From contig JBIJBE010000003.1 in assembly GCA_044345405.1 (NCBI GenBank), positions 64,001 through 128,000 on the forward strand: a stretch of 64,000 nucleotides of DNA, in the 5' to 3' direction. The DNA comes from Bdellovibrionota bacterium. GTDB lineage: Bacteria > Bdellovibrionota_C > UBA2361 > OMII01. The notes under the pieces were generated by a model, which saw nothing but the letters and a program-made list of their open reading frames with translations, did not search any database and had not been told where the DNA came from. Position 1 is the stretch's first letter, and the number at the start of each line of letters is the position of its first letter. The position numbers were made by a program, and so were the translations under genes. Of the stretch, positions 62,701 through 64,000 are shown piece by piece.

Positions 62701-63891
62701 CGTGAGCGTCATCCTCTCGTGTACGGAGCTCGTCTCCGAGTGGAAGAGGGCGCTGAGGTTAAACCAGGCGCGCTCCTCACTGAGTGGGATCCGTTCACTA
62801 TTCCAATCTTGAGCGACCTTGCCGGTCGAGTTGAGTGGGTAGACGTATCTGAAGCGACGATGGAGGAGCGTACTGATGAGCGCACCGGATTCGTAGAGCG
62901 AGAGATCGTTCAGGCTAAGGATAAGAGCAGCGACCTCCGTCCTCGTATCGTGATTCACGGCGAGAATGGCGAGAGCCGCGTCTACAACCTCCCAGTAGGT
63001 GTTCGACTCGTAGTTGAGCACAACTCGGATATCGACGCCGGTGATGTTATCGCTAAGAGAGAGCGTGCTACGACGAAGACGAAGGATATTACCGGAGGTC
63101 TTCCTCGAGTAGTTGAGCTCTTTGAGGCTCGTAAGCCAAAGGATCCAGCTGTTGTCAGCGACGTCGATGGCGTTGTTGATTTCGGAGAGGATTCCCGTGG
63201 TAAGCGTAAGATCGTGGTAACTCCTGACTTCGGTGACCCACGTGAGTACTTGGTCGCTAAGACCAAGCACGTTGCGGTTCAGAAGGGTGATCGCGTTAAG
63301 GCAGGCGAGGTTCTCACCGACGGTGCCGTTAACCCACACGACATCCTTCGAATCGAGGGAACCCGCGCTCTCGCTGGTTACCTTGTGAACGAGGTACAAG
63401 AGATCTACCGATTACAGGGTGTGCGCATCAACGATAAGCACATCGAGGTAATCGTTCGTCAGATGCTTAAGCGAGTTAAGATCAGCGAGTTCGGCGATAG
63501 CAACTTCCTTGTTGGTGATAACGTTGAGCGCCTTAAGGTGCTTGAGGAGAACCAAAAGGTTGTGGCTAACGGCGGCAAGCCAGCGAGCTACGAGCCACTC
63601 CTCCTTGGTATCACCAAGGCGGCTCTCTCGACTGAGTCCTTCATCTCGGCTGCGAGCTTCCAAGAGACCACGAAGGTTCTCACCGAAGCGGCTGTCGCTG
63701 GTAAGGTTGATCACCTCCGAGGACTCAAGGAGAACGTGATCATGGGTCGCTTGATCCCAGCCGGATCCGGTGTTGAGGCGTACGCTTCCCGCCACGTCCG
63801 AGTTGAGGGAGAGCCTCTCACGCAGAAGAAGCCTGAGCAGAACTTCAAGATGAGCCCAAGCTCAATTGAAAGTCTCCAGGGACTCTTCTAA
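59761..63891 (+). CDS. rpoC: RNA polymerase beta' subunit
   Basis: Zn-finger Cys motifs, [20 protein letters not shown]. Confidence 0.99.
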   Translation: MDDLFSLFERPKNPIKFNALKISLASPDKIRSWSFGEVTKPETINYRTLKPERDGLFCAKIFGPVKDYECICGKYKRLRHRGVVCEKCGVEVIQSKVRRERMGHIELACPVAHIWFLKSLPSRIGNILDLTLRDLEKVLYFEAYVVIDAGKTNLKQGELLTEREYRTAREEFGSGFEAGMGAEAILTLLKAIDVDPLCAELREEIKEVTSEAKKKKLAKRLRVLTSFQQSDNKPEWMILNVVPVIPPDLRPLVPLDGGRFATSDLNDLYRRVINRNNRLRRLIELNAPDIIIRNEKRMLQESVDALFDNGRRGRTITGPNKRPLKSLSDMLKGKGGRFRQNLLGKRVDYSGRSVIVVGPELRLHQCGLPKKMALELFKPFIYNKLEERGYVTTIKSAKKMVEKEKPVVWDILDEVIREHPVLLNRAPTLHRLGIQAFEPILIEGKAIQLHPLVCTAFNADFDGDQMAVHVPLSVEAQVESRVLMMSTNNILSPANGKPIIVPSQDIVLGLYYMTRERPFAYGENRAYSNPDEVWLAWQSGETHLQAKVKVRIDGKLESTTVGRTLLYYLCPKVLPFANFNKVMKKKEISGLIDDCFRVAGNKATVLLADKLKDNGYYFATISGISIGVQDMVIPDAKKPLLAEADDKVNEIDSQYREGLVTAGERYNKVIDIWSDVGDKIAEDMMETISSAEFKDAVTGETKRGPSFNPIFIMADSGARGSSQQIRQLGGMRGLMAKPDGSIIEQPIKANLREGLTVLQYFVSTHGARKGLADTALKTANSGYLTRKLVDVGQDTIISEYDCGSTEGIDISALIEGGEEIESLTNRILGRVVAEDVRDPISNDILVQRGQMIDEDLAAQISAAGIDTLLIRSVLTCESQRGVCTLCYGRDLARGHLVNIGEAVGVIAAQSIGEPGTQLTMRTFHIGGAALGRAESTSLESRYAGVIKLEGARLARRRDGTSVVMSRKAEILIVDKADGRERERHPLVYGARLRVEEGAEVKPGALLTEWDPFTIPILSDLAGRVEWVDVSEATMEERTDERTGFVEREIVQAKDKSSDLRPRIVIHGENGESRVYNLPVGVRLVVEHNSDIDAGDVIAKRERATTKTKDITGGLPRVVELFEARKPKDPAVVSDVDGVVDFGEDSRGKRKIVVTPDFGDPREYLVAKTKHVAVQKGDRVKAGEVLTDGAVNPHDILRIEGTRALAGYLVNEVQEIYRLQGVRINDKHIEVIVRQMLKRVKISEFGDSNFLVGDNVERLKVLEENQKVVANGGKPASYEPLLLGITKAALSTESFISAASFQETTKVLTEAAVAGKVDHLRGLKENVIMGRLIPAGSGVEAYASRHVRVEGEPLTQKKPEQNFKMSPSSIESLQGLF

Positions 63892-63913
63892 ATCTTTCGA
63901 AAGAAAGAGCCAC

Positions 63914-63955
63914 AAAAGGGCGGGCGCCGTAGAGATACGGCGCCCGCTTTTTTTT
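63914..63955 (+). terminator. Intrinsic terminator after rpoC
   Basis: GCGGGCGCCGTA-GAGA-TACGGCGCCCGC followed by a T8 tract. Confidence 0.92.
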
Positions 63956-64000
63956 ATTTTTAAGGTTATTACAGGTACGTCTTCCCAACTATGTGGATGA

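Noticed and set aside
55337-63795. Long antisense ORFs (e.g. 58169-59332, 62578-63399)
   Set aside because: Shadow frames of rpoB/rpoC caused by codon bias; the same applies to 12006-12824 and 14057-14830.

Overview
Bacterial chromosomal window, GC-rich and Gram-negative-type. A deltaproteobacterial/Bdellovibrionota-like origin is a weak inference from gene content only. Most of it is housekeeping: purLF, prkA-yeaH-spoVR, split pntAB, comM, pilP, asnS, rocD, manA, UDPGP-type UGPase, sufBCD, secE-nusG-rplKAJL-rpoBC and 5 tRNAs. Four things stand out. (1) A Y1/HUH (RAYT-like) transposase cassette at 6650-8034 has stacked 20-bp end repeats, and its two ends coincide with the breakpoints of a ~1.2-kb duplication made of two diverged alleles (a sigma-like gene plus the purF 3' end). 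This suggests the element captured and delivered host DNA from another strain. (2) A guanylate-kinase-like P-loop domain is fused to an AbiEii-type nucleotidyltransferase, between a HAD phosphatase and a metallophosphoesterase. (3) A divergent stand-alone RelA/SpoT synthetase with altered acceptor-site residues lies beside tRNA genes trailed by long hairpin tandem arrays, in a rearranged tRNA-tuf-secE locus. (4) Several REP-like repeat families are present, one nested inside another. All family calls come from motif recognition by eye; no searches were run.
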